Below, piece after piece: positions 21,172 to 30,696 of a DNA stretch of 64,000 bases. The notes under the pieces were generated by a model. The model was not told the origin of the DNA and ran no database searches. It saw only the letters and a list, made by a program, of their open reading frames with translations. Both the position numbers and the translations under genes were made by a program. Origin of the DNA: Deltaproteobacteria bacterium (GTDB taxonomy: Bacteria > Myxococcota_A > Polyangia > HGW-17); the NCBI GenBank assembly GCA_016937155.1, contig JAFGWM010000032.1:107422-171421 (forward strand), written 5' to 3'. The stretch's first letter is position 1. Each line of letters begins with the position of its first letter.

Positions 21172-21693
21172 ATGTGCACTAAAGACCTTAGAATCATTAA
21201 GAGATATCCAAACAGAAAACTTTACGACACAACAGATTCCACATATATCACTCTGAAGGAAATCGGTGAACTTGTTAAAAACGGGGAAATGGTTCAGATT
21301 ATTGAAAATTCTTCGGGTGAGGATCTGACCCATGATTTTCTTCTTCAGATCATCAGAAATCAGGAAAAAAAATGGAAAATATTTCCTTTAAAGAGTCTTG
21401 TGGAGCTTATTCGCTCTCAGGCGAATTCAACTAATGAAATTGTAAATTCAGTCAAGAGAGAAGTTGACCAGAAAGTCAATGATTTTCCAAAAATGAATGA
21501 TCTGCGTGAAAAAATTGATATGTATCAGGTTAAATTTGAAGAATGGCAAAAAAACGTTGAGATGCAGATCCATTCCATAATTGAATTTCCTGGAGCTCTT
21601 ATTTCCAAGGAAGTAGAGATACTTAGGGACAGGCTGATCAAACTTGAACAAAAAGTTTCTGATCTGAAATCAAAACTGGATAAAAAAGACTGA
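21172..21693 (+). CDS. PhaR/PHB-accumulation-regulator DNA-binding domain protein
   Basis: RIIKRYPNRKLYDTTDSTYITL...GEDLT...LLQII is the PHB_acc_N signature; coiled-coil C-terminus. Confidence 0.85.
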   Translation: MCTKDLRIIKRYPNRKLYDTTDSTYITLKEIGELVKNGEMVQIIENSSGEDLTHDFLLQIIRNQEKKWKIFPLKSLVELIRSQANSTNEIVNSVKREVDQKVNDFPKMNDLREKIDMYQVKFEEWQKNVEMQIHSIIEFPGALISKEVEILRDRLIKLEQKVSDLKSKLDKKD

Positions 21694-21784
21694 TGATTTT
21701 CCGAAATAAAGAAATAAATTTCTAATCTAAGTTTACAATTGAAATGCGGTGCAACATTTTTTATATTCAATGGTCTAACAACCA

Positions 21785-22990
21785 ATGATGGTAAATATGA
21801 AGTTATCCAAATATATGAGAAACATTGAGCATGCATTTTTTAAAATGAAGATAAATGATGTGGAAAATCCACATAGAAATCACCCTCTTCATGACAGTGC
21901 AACGGTTTTTTCCTATGAACAGGAAAGATTTCATATTGCTGTTACATTTGACGGTGTCAGTGAGTCCAGAGAAAAGGATCGGGATCTTGTAAATATCAGC
22001 AGAGAGCTGGAATGGGATATTGAAGCTTTTTGCAGAAAAACATCTCCGGAAGATATTCATGATATTGCAGACTGGTTTAAGGAAAATGTGGAAAATGAGA
22101 AATACAAAAACCTTGGTGCTACAACGATTAGTCTTCTGAGATATGATTTTTTAACGAATACAGTTGATGGTATATGCGTAGGTGATTCTCCAGCTCTACT
22201 TTGCAGAAGTGTAAATAAAAACGGTGGTGAAATAATTGAAGCTCAGATACTGAGTGCTTTTCATAGTGTTGCAAACGATCCTGGTATTATAACAAGGCAA
22301 TGGAGATATGGTCAGCCTCTTGAGTTGACAGTATTTTCCACTCCCGCTCCGGATGAATTTGAAAGTCTTTTTCTGGTAACTCTCAGTGATGGCTATGGTA
22401 AATTATCTGATTCAGATGTTGTAAGATTTGTGGACGATGATCTGCAGGATTCTATGGTGTCAATGTTTTATCCTGATTTTGCCAGGGTTTATCTTCCGGA
22501 AAAGATAACTTCAAAATTTCCCCACCTGATTGTTGATTCTGAAGGTAGTGTATCTTTTTCTCAGGTCAGTTGTGATTCTGAAATCAGAAGCTATCTATCT
22601 GAAATATATGGTGAATTAACACTGGAAGAGAAAAGAAAAGCAGCAATGGTGGATCTTGATACTGCTGCTCTTTATGATTTATATAAAAATCCATCTGATT
22701 TTAGAACACCGGATGGCAGTGATGCAGATGCAGTTCTTTCAAGATCTCATCCATCACTTGCCTGGATGCTTGGAGCCCCATACAATGATGCTAAGGATGA
22801 ATCAGGTCTTGATGATTACCTTAGAGAATACATTATAGCTGAATTATTTGTAGTTTCCATGCTGGAAGAGCTTTATTTTGAAACAGGTGATTCTCAATGC
22901 AGTCTACAAAAAAAATTGAAAAATTTTTTTGATAGTCTTGATCCTGTAGGTGATGATTTTAGTGTAGCACTTATGAAAATAAGCAGGTAA
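21785..22990 (+). CDS. PP2C/PPM-family phosphatase-like protein with a large insertion
   Basis: HDS, VTFDGVS, GATT, VGDSPA, LSDGY and terminal GDDFSVAL correspond to PPM metal-binding motifs. Start may be 21797. Confidence 0.65.
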   Translation: MMVNMKLSKYMRNIEHAFFKMKINDVENPHRNHPLHDSATVFSYEQERFHIAVTFDGVSESREKDRDLVNISRELEWDIEAFCRKTSPEDIHDIADWFKENVENEKYKNLGATTISLLRYDFLTNTVDGICVGDSPALLCRSVNKNGGEIIEAQILSAFHSVANDPGIITRQWRYGQPLELTVFSTPAPDEFESLFLVTLSDGYGKLSDSDVVRFVDDDLQDSMVSMFYPDFARVYLPEKITSKFPHLIVDSEGSVSFSQVSCDSEIRSYLSEIYGELTLEEKRKAAMVDLDTAALYDLYKNPSDFRTPDGSDADAVLSRSHPSLAWMLGAPYNDAKDESGLDDYLREYIIAELFVVSMLEELYFETGDSQCSLQKKLKNFFDSLDPVGDDFSVALMKISR

Positions 22991-23141
22991 TTCCTTTTTT
23001 TCAAAAATACTCAACTTTAGAAGATAAAATAAATTATATTTTGCTTTTTTCGCCATTTTTTTATACAGATTACCTGAGATTTGACTGACTTGAATAAAAT
23101 TTAATGTTATTCAGTTGAGATGTTGAGAGGAGTTTACAGTA

Positions 23142-23678
23142 TTGAGCATTATTACAGGAAAAGGTGATTCAGGAATGACCTCAATCCTTGGTGGTGTTAA
23201 ATTACCTAAAAGTCATATCAGGCTTGAAACAATAGGTACTGTGGATGAGCTTTCTTCATTGCTGGGTTTTGTCAGAAATTCAGTGGATGAGGATGATAAC
23301 CAGCTTTTAATTAGAATTCAAAGGGATCTTTTCAGAATAAACACTGAACTTGCAATTGATCGTGCTCTGGATATGGAGCTTGTCTTTATCGGACCGGCAG
23401 ATGTAGCACGCGTGGAAAATCATGCTATTGCACTGGAAGATGCTGGGTTCAACCCTGGTGAACTTATTGTTCCTGGGGGTGGGAATGATACAAGTTCTCT
23501 TTTGGATCTTTCAAGAACTGTATGCCGCAGAGGAGAAAGAAGGGTTGTAAGCCTTTTTTCAAAAAGTAAACCACTGGATGGTGACACCTCTATTCTTAAA
23601 TATCTAAACAGGCTGAGTGATTTACTATTTTTAATGGCAAGGAAATACGAAACCGGGCGAACTCCTGTTTCAGAATAA
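23142..23678 (+). CDS. pduO: ATP:cob(I)alamin adenosyltransferase, PduO type
   Basis: TGKGDSGMT, GTVDELSS, RTVCRRGER and YLNRLSDLLFLMAR; TTG start. Confidence 0.93.
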   Translation: MSIITGKGDSGMTSILGGVKLPKSHIRLETIGTVDELSSLLGFVRNSVDEDDNQLLIRIQRDLFRINTELAIDRALDMELVFIGPADVARVENHAIALEDAGFNPGELIVPGGGNDTSSLLDLSRTVCRRGERRVVSLFSKSKPLDGDTSILKYLNRLSDLLFLMARKYETGRTPVSE

Positions 23679-23693
23679 TAATAATGGTGACTG

Positions 23694-24548
23694 ATGAACA
23701 GTAGATATAAGTATCTGGTACCGAATTTAATAACTCTTACAAGTCTTTCCATGGGAGTTATTGCAATTTTTCAGACATTGAAGGGAAATATTCACACTGC
23801 CGCCTGGCTGGGTTTTTTGAGTATGCTTCTTGATAGATTTGATGGGATGACAGCAAGAAAAATAGGGGCCAGTTCAAGTTTTGGGCTTGAAATAGACTCT
23901 CTCGCCGATGTTGTTGCCTTTGGTATAACTCCGGCTGTTATTTTATATGCTGTGTTATCCATGTATAGTCCTCATTTCAGGGATGGTATAGGAGAATATA
24001 TTCCACTTGCAGTTGGGGTTTTCTGGGCCGTTGCCTCATGTCTGAGACTTGCAAAATACAATATTGTTGCTCAGGCAGGTGAGTTTGATGATATTTTTCA
24101 GGGATTTCCAATGCCTATAGCGTCAGGTCTTATTTTGTCTCCTGTGCTTTTTCTTTTAAAGTATGTCCCTTCCAGTGGGTATGGATTTACTTTTTATGAT
24201 AAAAGAATCATGGGTACCCTTGAAATGAACTCGGGTCACTGGCTTTTTACGGTTCTTGCGGTATGGGCTGTGATAATTGCTGTGGGAATGCTTTCCTCCC
24301 TAAAGGTACCAAAACTCAAACCACCAGCAATAAAATGGCAGAGAAGGTATTTACTGATTCATGCTTTAACAATCTATTTCATGATTGTTATAAGAGCATG
24401 GCCCGAATTTCTCTTTTTATCCGGTCTCGAATTTGTAATTCTGAGTATAGTTTTCCATCTTAAAGATCCGGAAGCCAGAAAATGTCGGTATATACCGATG
24501 CTGGACGTAATGTCCTGGAAGATAGATACCAAGAAATCCGAAGACTGA
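23694..24548 (+). CDS. pssA: CDP-diacylglycerol--serine O-phosphatidyltransferase (CDP-alcohol phosphatidyltransferase)
   Basis: PNLIT, DRFDGMTAR...SSFGLEIDSLADVVAFG, CLRLAKYN and FQGFP. Confidence 0.85.
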   Translation: MNSRYKYLVPNLITLTSLSMGVIAIFQTLKGNIHTAAWLGFLSMLLDRFDGMTARKIGASSSFGLEIDSLADVVAFGITPAVILYAVLSMYSPHFRDGIGEYIPLAVGVFWAVASCLRLAKYNIVAQAGEFDDIFQGFPMPIASGLILSPVLFLLKYVPSSGYGFTFYDKRIMGTLEMNSGHWLFTVLAVWAVIIAVGMLSSLKVPKLKPPAIKWQRRYLLIHALTIYFMIVIRAWPEFLFLSGLEFVILSIVFHLKDPEARKCRYIPMLDVMSWKIDTKKSED

Positions 24549-24624
24549 AATAACATTCTTATTAATATCCAGAAATTCAAGTAACGGTTAAAACTGACGA
24601 TGTCTGTATTGTGGAGGTTTTACT

Positions 24625-24894
24625 GTGAATACTGTATACTCAAATGCGCTTACAGGTCTTGCCCGGGCGGGTATGACAATGTATGCCGCGTCTTCAAATA
24701 TAAGCAGATCAATAGTTGATGATGCAAAAGCTCTTGAAGTTGCGGGTGATAAACTTGCATTGAGTTCGGATACTATCGACCTCTCCCGTGAAGCTGTTGC
24801 AATGATGCAGGCTGAAAATTTTCATGCTGCACAGATTCCGGTTATTAAAACCGCTGATGAAATGACCCGCTCTCTTTTAGATATTCTGGCCTGA
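24625..24894 (+). CDS. Small flagellar basal-body rod/hook terminal-domain protein (Flg_bbr_C/DUF1078-like)
   Basis: N-terminal ALTGL...ASSNIS and C-terminal DLSREAVAMMQAENFHAAQIPVIKTADEMTRSLLDILA; GTG start with GGAGG. Confidence 0.75.
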   Translation: MNTVYSNALTGLARAGMTMYAASSNISRSIVDDAKALEVAGDKLALSSDTIDLSREAVAMMQAENFHAAQIPVIKTADEMTRSLLDILA

Positions 24895-26184
24895 TTTTTT
24901 ATTCGAAAAGAGTGATATTCCCCAGATTAGTAATCCTGAAATTGTCATAACTATAAGAGTTATAAAACCATTAAGATCGAATTTACTGTCCTTGAGAAAG
25001 GTACCGGCAAATCCAAATCCTGAAAATAGTGTCAGAAGAAATCCGGAAAACAATCCAACACGGTTTTTAACGGTCCTGGAAAGATGTAATTTACGATTTC
25101 GAAACATACCCTTTTTGAAGGAAAACAGTCCGTTTATCACAATAAAGAAGCCAGTAATTATATAAGAAAGAGAAGAGTAAAACGTCATTTTTTCACCAAC
25201 AGGTGGAAAAGCCTCAGGAACAGCCCCCACTGAGGTGATAAATCCTCCGATGATTACCATTGAAATACCCAAAAAGGCATATAAAAAGCCAACAAATCCC
25301 CTTGTCTTTCTTGTTTCAGATGATGAAATTTTTTCCTGCAATTCACTGCTGAACGTGAAATTGTTTTCAAAGCTTTCCAGTTGATCCTGGTTCTGGGGTT
25401 CATCCTTTAAGAGCTTAATAATCTGGGGAAGAACAGATTCAGTCAATACACCCTTTGGAATAGCCGACTTCAGCTTTTCCAGAGAAATTCCATAAAAATG
25501 AGCCATATATTTTACATTGTTTTTCTCCAGAGATTTTAAAAGAATTATTCCCATAATTATAGTAAAGACAAGTGTTCCAGCAAAAACAGCTACACCAACT
25601 TCATCCCCAGTCCGATCAGCAAAAAACGCTCCGAAATCATAGAATCCATGCAATGCTGCCGGAATAAGGTATGCCAAACCAAACCATAACACTGGTGATG
25701 TTCTGGTAAACCGGGCTCTTCCAATAAAATAGCCCATAATAACACCGCAGAAAATATGAAGAGGTATAGCTGTAACTGCTCTTATTATTGCGATGTTTAA
25801 TCCCCCCTGACCCACATACAAAAAGTTTTCAAGTGTGGCGAAACCAAGGCTTGATGCAGCCCCGTATACAATGCCGTCATAAGGTTCATCAAAAGCAATA
25901 TTTCCGTAAGCAATAAGCATCACAACTGACATTTTGAAGAATTCTTCAGGAAATGCAGCCTGGATGAATGCAGTGTAGAGGCTTCCTTCAATAGCATCAG
26001 CAGGTACAGCAAAGAAATTGTTAAGCAGCATAACAAAAAGAAATACCGGGATAGCACTTAATGCTCCCCCAAGGGCAACTTTTGTTATCAGCGATTTAGG
26101 TTCAGGATGTTCATCGTGAGTGTATATGTAAAGAAATAAAAGTATACTTGGCAGTACAGTAACTGCAATTGTAATATAATTCAT
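24877..26184 (-). CDS. PrsW-family intramembrane glutamic protease with extra C-terminal TMs
   Basis: HPEP, AFPEEFFK, FDEPYDGIVYG, LGFATLEN, PLH and LHGFYD. Confidence 0.9.
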   Translation of the reverse strand: MNYITIAVTVLPSILLFLYIYTHDEHPEPKSLITKVALGGALSAIPVFLFVMLLNNFFAVPADAIEGSLYTAFIQAAFPEEFFKMSVVMLIAYGNIAFDEPYDGIVYGAASSLGFATLENFLYVGQGGLNIAIIRAVTAIPLHIFCGVIMGYFIGRARFTRTSPVLWFGLAYLIPAALHGFYDFGAFFADRTGDEVGVAVFAGTLVFTIIMGIILLKSLEKNNVKYMAHFYGISLEKLKSAIPKGVLTESVLPQIIKLLKDEPQNQDQLESFENNFTFSSELQEKISSSETRKTRGFVGFLYAFLGISMVIIGGFITSVGAVPEAFPPVGEKMTFYSSLSYIITGFFIVINGLFSFKKGMFRNRKLHLSRTVKNRVGLFSGFLLTLFSGFGFAGTFLKDSKFDLNGFITLIVMTISGLLIWGISLFSNKKSGQNI

Positions 26185-26187
26185 TTG

Positions 26188-27975
26188 CTATATTTCCTCA
26201 TCCTCTTCAGATAAAGACCAGATTTCCTCCTGTAGTCCATTTTTCATGCTTGTCCTGAATAATTCTTCTATTTCCCTATGATTTTTCATATTGAGGGCTT
26301 TGAGTGCAAGTTCCTCAAGCTCGGATATTGCAACTGAACGGATAAGCTTTTTTATATGAGGAATGAATGCCGGCGGCATTGAAAAAATTCGCAATCCAAA
26401 CCCCAGAAGAATTAGAACACCTATTGGTATTGTTGCCATATCACCGCATATACTGACATCAATTCCAGCTTTTTTACCCTCAGTTATGCAAAAGTGTATC
26501 ATTCTCAAAACCCCAGGATGAAGAGGTCTGTATAAATATGCGATATTATCATTGGCTCTATCAACTGCCAGCGAATACTGAATAAGATCATTACTTCCTA
26601 TTGAAAAGAAGTCAGCTTCTTTGGCCAGAATATCACTAATCATGCAACTGGAAGGAAGCTCCATCATTGTTCCGATTTCAATATTATCCGGTACTTCATG
26701 ACCTTCTGCAGTGAGCTCTTCACTGCATTCCCAAAACACATCCTTTGCTTCACTAAGTTCATCCAAACATGAAATCAGTGGAAACATGATCTTAAGAGGA
26801 ATATCAGGAAAATTGCAGTGAGCTCTCAGAATGCCCCGAATCTGAGATTTAAGTAATTTCCGCGATTTCAACGCAAGCCTGATAGATCTCAAGCCCAGTG
26901 CCGGATTTGCCTCCTGAGAAAAACTGCCTTCAATGGGAAATTTATCCCCCCCCAGATCAAACGTTCTTATGGTAACAGGACCGGATTTCCACCCTGAAAA
27001 AAGGTTTATAGTGTCTGAGTAATGAAGTTCCTCACTGAATGAGTCCTTTTGATTGGAAAGAAAGAGGAATTCCGTCCTATATAGTCCGATGCCTTCCGCC
27101 CCATGAGAGAGTGCTTTGGCTGATTCTTCTGAAAAATCAATATTTGCGTATATTGAAATCGGTATTCCATCAGTTGTTTCAGCTTTAGTATGACTTTCAC
27201 TTATAAGGGTTTGTTCTATGGCGTAAATACGCTGCATGTTTTTACGATGCTGTTTTACACGCATGACATCAGGATTGATAATTACCTCTCCAGTGTTTCC
27301 GTTCACCAGAATAAGATCACCATTTTTCACGGTGTCCAGAATACCCTTTGCACTGACCACCGTAGGTATTTCAAAAGCCTTTGCGATGATTACAGTATGT
27401 GAGGTTGATCCGCCGTGTTCTGTGACTATTGAGGAAATCGCATTTCTTCCAAGTTGAATAGTTTCAACCGGACTTAATTCACTGGCTACAACGATAGCAT
27501 CAACCGGAGGATTAAAACTCTGGCAATCCTGTCCCGACATGTTTCGTAAAAGTCGATAAGTTATAAATCGAAGATCATTCAGCCGTTCATTAAGATATTC
27601 GTTTTCTTCTCTGAGAAAGATTTGCTCCCACTTTTCCAGAATTCTATCAATAGCCCATTCCGCGTTAATCAATTCTGATTTGATGGTTTTGGTGACATCT
27701 TTTCTTAGTTCATCATCCTTGAGCATCATCCGGTGAGCTTCAAGAATATGTCCTGGATCTCTATATTCCTCTCCTATCCTGTCTCTCACCTGATCTATCT
27801 GCTGAGCACTTTTCTCAACTGCTATATTAAATCTTTGAATTTCCAGTGGAACTTCTGTTTCATCAATGGCACGTTTTGTTACAGATATATCTTTTTGCTG
27901 CACAATGTAGGCTCTTCCAATGGACAAGCCCGGGACAACACCTTTGCCTGAGATGAAAATATTCTGTTCACTCAT
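26188..27975 (-). CDS. ptsI: PTS enzyme I (PEP-protein phosphotransferase)
   Basis: GGSTSHTVI (phospho-His), GIGLYRTEFLF, TIRTFDLGGDK, NPALGLR, FSIGSNDL and ICGDMA. Confidence 0.96.
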   Translation of the reverse strand: MSEQNIFISGKGVVPGLSIGRAYIVQQKDISVTKRAIDETEVPLEIQRFNIAVEKSAQQIDQVRDRIGEEYRDPGHILEAHRMMLKDDELRKDVTKTIKSELINAEWAIDRILEKWEQIFLREENEYLNERLNDLRFITYRLLRNMSGQDCQSFNPPVDAIVVASELSPVETIQLGRNAISSIVTEHGGSTSHTVIIAKAFEIPTVVSAKGILDTVKNGDLILVNGNTGEVIINPDVMRVKQHRKNMQRIYAIEQTLISESHTKAETTDGIPISIYANIDFSEESAKALSHGAEGIGLYRTEFLFLSNQKDSFSEELHYSDTINLFSGWKSGPVTIRTFDLGGDKFPIEGSFSQEANPALGLRSIRLALKSRKLLKSQIRGILRAHCNFPDIPLKIMFPLISCLDELSEAKDVFWECSEELTAEGHEVPDNIEIGTMMELPSSCMISDILAKEADFFSIGSNDLIQYSLAVDRANDNIAYLYRPLHPGVLRMIHFCITEGKKAGIDVSICGDMATIPIGVLILLGFGLRIFSMPPAFIPHIKKLIRSVAISELEELALKALNMKNHREIEELFRTSMKNGLQEEIWSLSEEDEEI

Positions 27976-28259
27976 TTTTTTGGAACCTGCTCATCAAATC
28001 CGGTCTCAATAAGTTCTGAAAGTTCATCGACAGCCTGTTGTGAATCAATACCTGTGGCCCTTATTATGAGTCGGCATCCTTTATATGCAAGCAGTCCCAA
28101 AAGTCCCATGATACTTTTTCCGTTTGCAACGTAGTCATTGAAAATAATTTCAATTTCACTTTCAAATTTACTGCTTTTTTCAACAAACATCTTGGCAGGT
28201 CTGGTATGCAGACCCTGCTCATTGATTAACTCCACTTCTTTTTTATGAGTTTTAGGCAA
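27972..28259 (-). CDS. ptsH: Phosphocarrier protein HPr
   Basis: NEQGLHTRPA (His15) and ANGKSIMGLL (Ser46). TTG start at 28259 with a GGAG RBS (track start 28283). Confidence 0.95.
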   Translation of the reverse strand: MPKTHKKEVELINEQGLHTRPAKMFVEKSSKFESEIEIIFNDYVANGKSIMGLLGLLAYKGCRLIIRATGIDSQQAVDELSELIETGFDEQVPKK

Positions 28260-28279
28260 CTTAAATCTCCATTTAGTTA

Positions 28280-29128
28280 TCAATATGTTCTTATATCACG
28301 GTGCTGTACCGTAATTTTATAGCCAAGTTTTCTTAGAGTTAAAGCTGATTTTTCAACTATATAAACACTTCTGTGTTTACCTCCTGTACAGCCTATACTG
28401 CAGGTAAGATAGCTCTTTCCTTCTTTCTCATAAAGAGGAATGAGATATTTAAGAAAATCCTCAAATCTGCTATAAAATTCCCGGAATTCATCTTTATTTT
28501 CAAGATAAGTCTGAATCTTATGGTCAACCCCTGTATATTCTCTCAATTCAGAAACGAAATATGGATTGGGAAGAAATCTCACATCCAGAAGAATATCACT
28601 TTCCATGGGAACTCCTCTGGAAAAACCGAAAGACATCAGTTTTATCATCAGACGTGGTTTTTCATAGTTACTGAATATGCCGAAAATTTTACTTCTTAAT
28701 TCATGGACAGTCAGATCAGATGTATCAATCACAGTTGAAACATCATCACGGAGTGTGTTAAGTAAGTTTATTTCATTTTCAATTGTTGAAATCAGTGTAT
28801 CTCCACCAAGAGGGTGAGGTCTTCTGGATGCCTTGAATCTGTTAAGAAGAATTTCATTATCAGCTTCAAGAAAAAGAATTTCCACAGTATGATTTTTTTT
28901 ATTAAGAGTTTCTTTTACTTCTGACCAGTGATCAAGAAAATCAGCATTTCTGATATCGATAGCAATGGCGACTTTGTCAAAATGACCTTTTTCATCCATT
29001 AGTTTAACAAAACCGTCAGTCAAAGGGACGGGTAAATTATCCACAGCAAAAAATCCGAGATCCTCCAGAGAATGCAATACGACAGTTTTACCTGCTCCGC
29101 TGAGTCCTGTTACTATAACAAGTTTCAT
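28280..29128 (-). CDS. rapZ: RNase adapter RapZ/YvcJ family P-loop protein
   Basis: VTGLSGAGKT, VDNLP, RRPHPL, SFGF, DVRFLPNPY and IGCTGGKHRSV. Confidence 0.96.
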   Translation of the reverse strand: MKLVIVTGLSGAGKTVVLHSLEDLGFFAVDNLPVPLTDGFVKLMDEKGHFDKVAIAIDIRNADFLDHWSEVKETLNKKNHTVEILFLEADNEILLNRFKASRRPHPLGGDTLISTIENEINLLNTLRDDVSTVIDTSDLTVHELRSKIFGIFSNYEKPRLMIKLMSFGFSRGVPMESDILLDVRFLPNPYFVSELREYTGVDHKIQTYLENKDEFREFYSRFEDFLKYLIPLYEKEGKSYLTCSIGCTGGKHRSVYIVEKSALTLRKLGYKITVQHRDIRTY

Positions 29129-29131
29129 GAT

Positions 29132-30100
29132 TTATTCGACATCCTCTTCAATGATCATCTCACTGCACTGGTTATGAAGCGCCTGATTGAGTTTATTCTG
29201 GAATAATTCAAAACTGTTTATCCCTCTTTGTTTGAGCAACTGATCCCTTGCTGCCACCTCAATAATTGTACCAAGAGATCTTCCTGGTCTGACTGGTAGT
29301 ATAACCAGTGGAAGTGTAATACCAAGAATTTCTTCCGAATGATCATCATTTCCCAGCCTGTCATACTCTTTATGACCATCCCATTCTTCAAGCTGAATTA
29401 CAATTTCAATTTTTTTCTTGTCTCTTACACTTGCAGGTCCGAAAAGATCAGGAATGTTAATTATCCCCAGTCCTCTGATTTCCATATGATGTTTTATTAC
29501 CGGAATACCTCTTCCGTCAAGAACATCAGGGTGATGCTTAAGTATTTCAACAGTGTCATCTGCAACAAGTCGGTGTCCCCGGGTTATAAGTTCCAGAGCC
29601 GCCTCACTTTTTCCAATACCGCTGGGACCTGTCAGAAGTACTCCTATTCCGAGGACTTCCACAAGTACACCATGAATTCTGGTTATTTCTCTGGTGTGTT
29701 CATCAATGAAAAGATCAAGATTATCAAGGAAATCTCCTGTTCTCAGACCTGATGAAAGAACAGGAATATTGTTATCTCTCGCCATTTTCAGAAGTATTTC
29801 AGGTACTCCCTGATTTTTTGTGACAATTATACATGCTGGTTCAGTTTCCACCAGAAGCCTGCAGGCACTTTCCAGTAGAGCATTATTCAGATTTTCAAGA
29901 TATGAAATTTCAGTGAATCCAAGGATAACAATACCATTTTGGTATTTATCCTTAACATCAACACCTGTAAGCATCAGGCCAGCTTTAAAATATCTTGAAG
30001 AGGAGAGATCCTGCCATAAACCTTCTGAGCCCTCAAGAAGACAAATTTTCAGTGATTCACTTCCATGATCAAGTAGTTCTTTGACTGTTAATCTGCTCAT
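29132..30100 (-). CDS. hprK: HPr(Ser) kinase/phosphorylase
   Basis: HGVLVEV, GPSGIGKSE, GHRLVADD, MEIRGLGII and PVRPGR. Confidence 0.96.
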   Translation of the reverse strand: MSRLTVKELLDHGSESLKICLLEGSEGLWQDLSSSRYFKAGLMLTGVDVKDKYQNGIVILGFTEISYLENLNNALLESACRLLVETEPACIIVTKNQGVPEILLKMARDNNIPVLSSGLRTGDFLDNLDLFIDEHTREITRIHGVLVEVLGIGVLLTGPSGIGKSEAALELITRGHRLVADDTVEILKHHPDVLDGRGIPVIKHHMEIRGLGIINIPDLFGPASVRDKKKIEIVIQLEEWDGHKEYDRLGNDDHSEEILGITLPLVILPVRPGRSLGTIIEVAARDQLLKQRGINSFELFQNKLNQALHNQCSEMIIEEDVE

Positions 30101-30172
30101 TAAAAACTCCAGTTTGATATTAATGTATCATTGTCCCCGGGGAAAATAAATGGGTAACTTGTGTTTTGGAAT

Positions 30173-30201
30173 TTGACATTTATACCACATTGTAGTACAT
30201 T
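30173..30201 (+). promoter_or_regulatory. Putative sigma70 promoter for the PilZ gene
   Basis: TTGACA (30173-30178), 17 nt spacer, TACATT (30196-30201). Confidence 0.5.
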
Positions 30202-30221
30202 GTAGGTAAATGAGGTTGAGT

Positions 30222-30584
30222 ATGAGTGATAAAATGCTGAGTCAATTTCCATTTGATAGAAGAAAAGAAAAAAGAATTCCGATAGTAGTCAGTGTTATTG
30301 AGCGAAATTCCTCCGGAAAAATAATTTGTCTGGCAACGGATATCAGTTTTTCCGGGATGGCTTTGAAAAGAGCAGGAGATAGTCTTCACGAAAACAGAGT
30401 TGTTTTGGAATTTTCACTTCCTGGAATAGGAGATGTGTTAAAAATTCCTTCAACTCTGATAAGGGTTGATGAAAATGAAGGAACAAAACAGCAAAGTGTT
30501 GCAGTTTTCGATTGTGTTCCCTCTTATCTGAAAGAGTGGATTGATACTTTTTCGAGATTTTCCGGAATTGCCTATATGACATGA
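30222..30584 (+). CDS. Stand-alone PilZ domain protein (c-di-GMP receptor)
   Basis: RRKEKR (RxxxR) and DISFSG (D/NxSxxG). Start probably 30222 (track start 30210). Confidence 0.85.
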   Translation: MSDKMLSQFPFDRRKEKRIPIVVSVIERNSSGKIICLATDISFSGMALKRAGDSLHENRVVLEFSLPGIGDVLKIPSTLIRVDENEGTKQQSVAVFDCVPSYLKEWIDTFSRFSGIAYMT

Positions 30585-30696
30585 TGTGTTTGGTGTTTTG
30601 ACTTTTCTTTTTAAAATTCAGTTTGATAATTTTTAAGAAATGGTGTTTAAAATGGTTTGCACAGTGTGCTGTGTATAACCCTCAGGAGGAGAAAGA

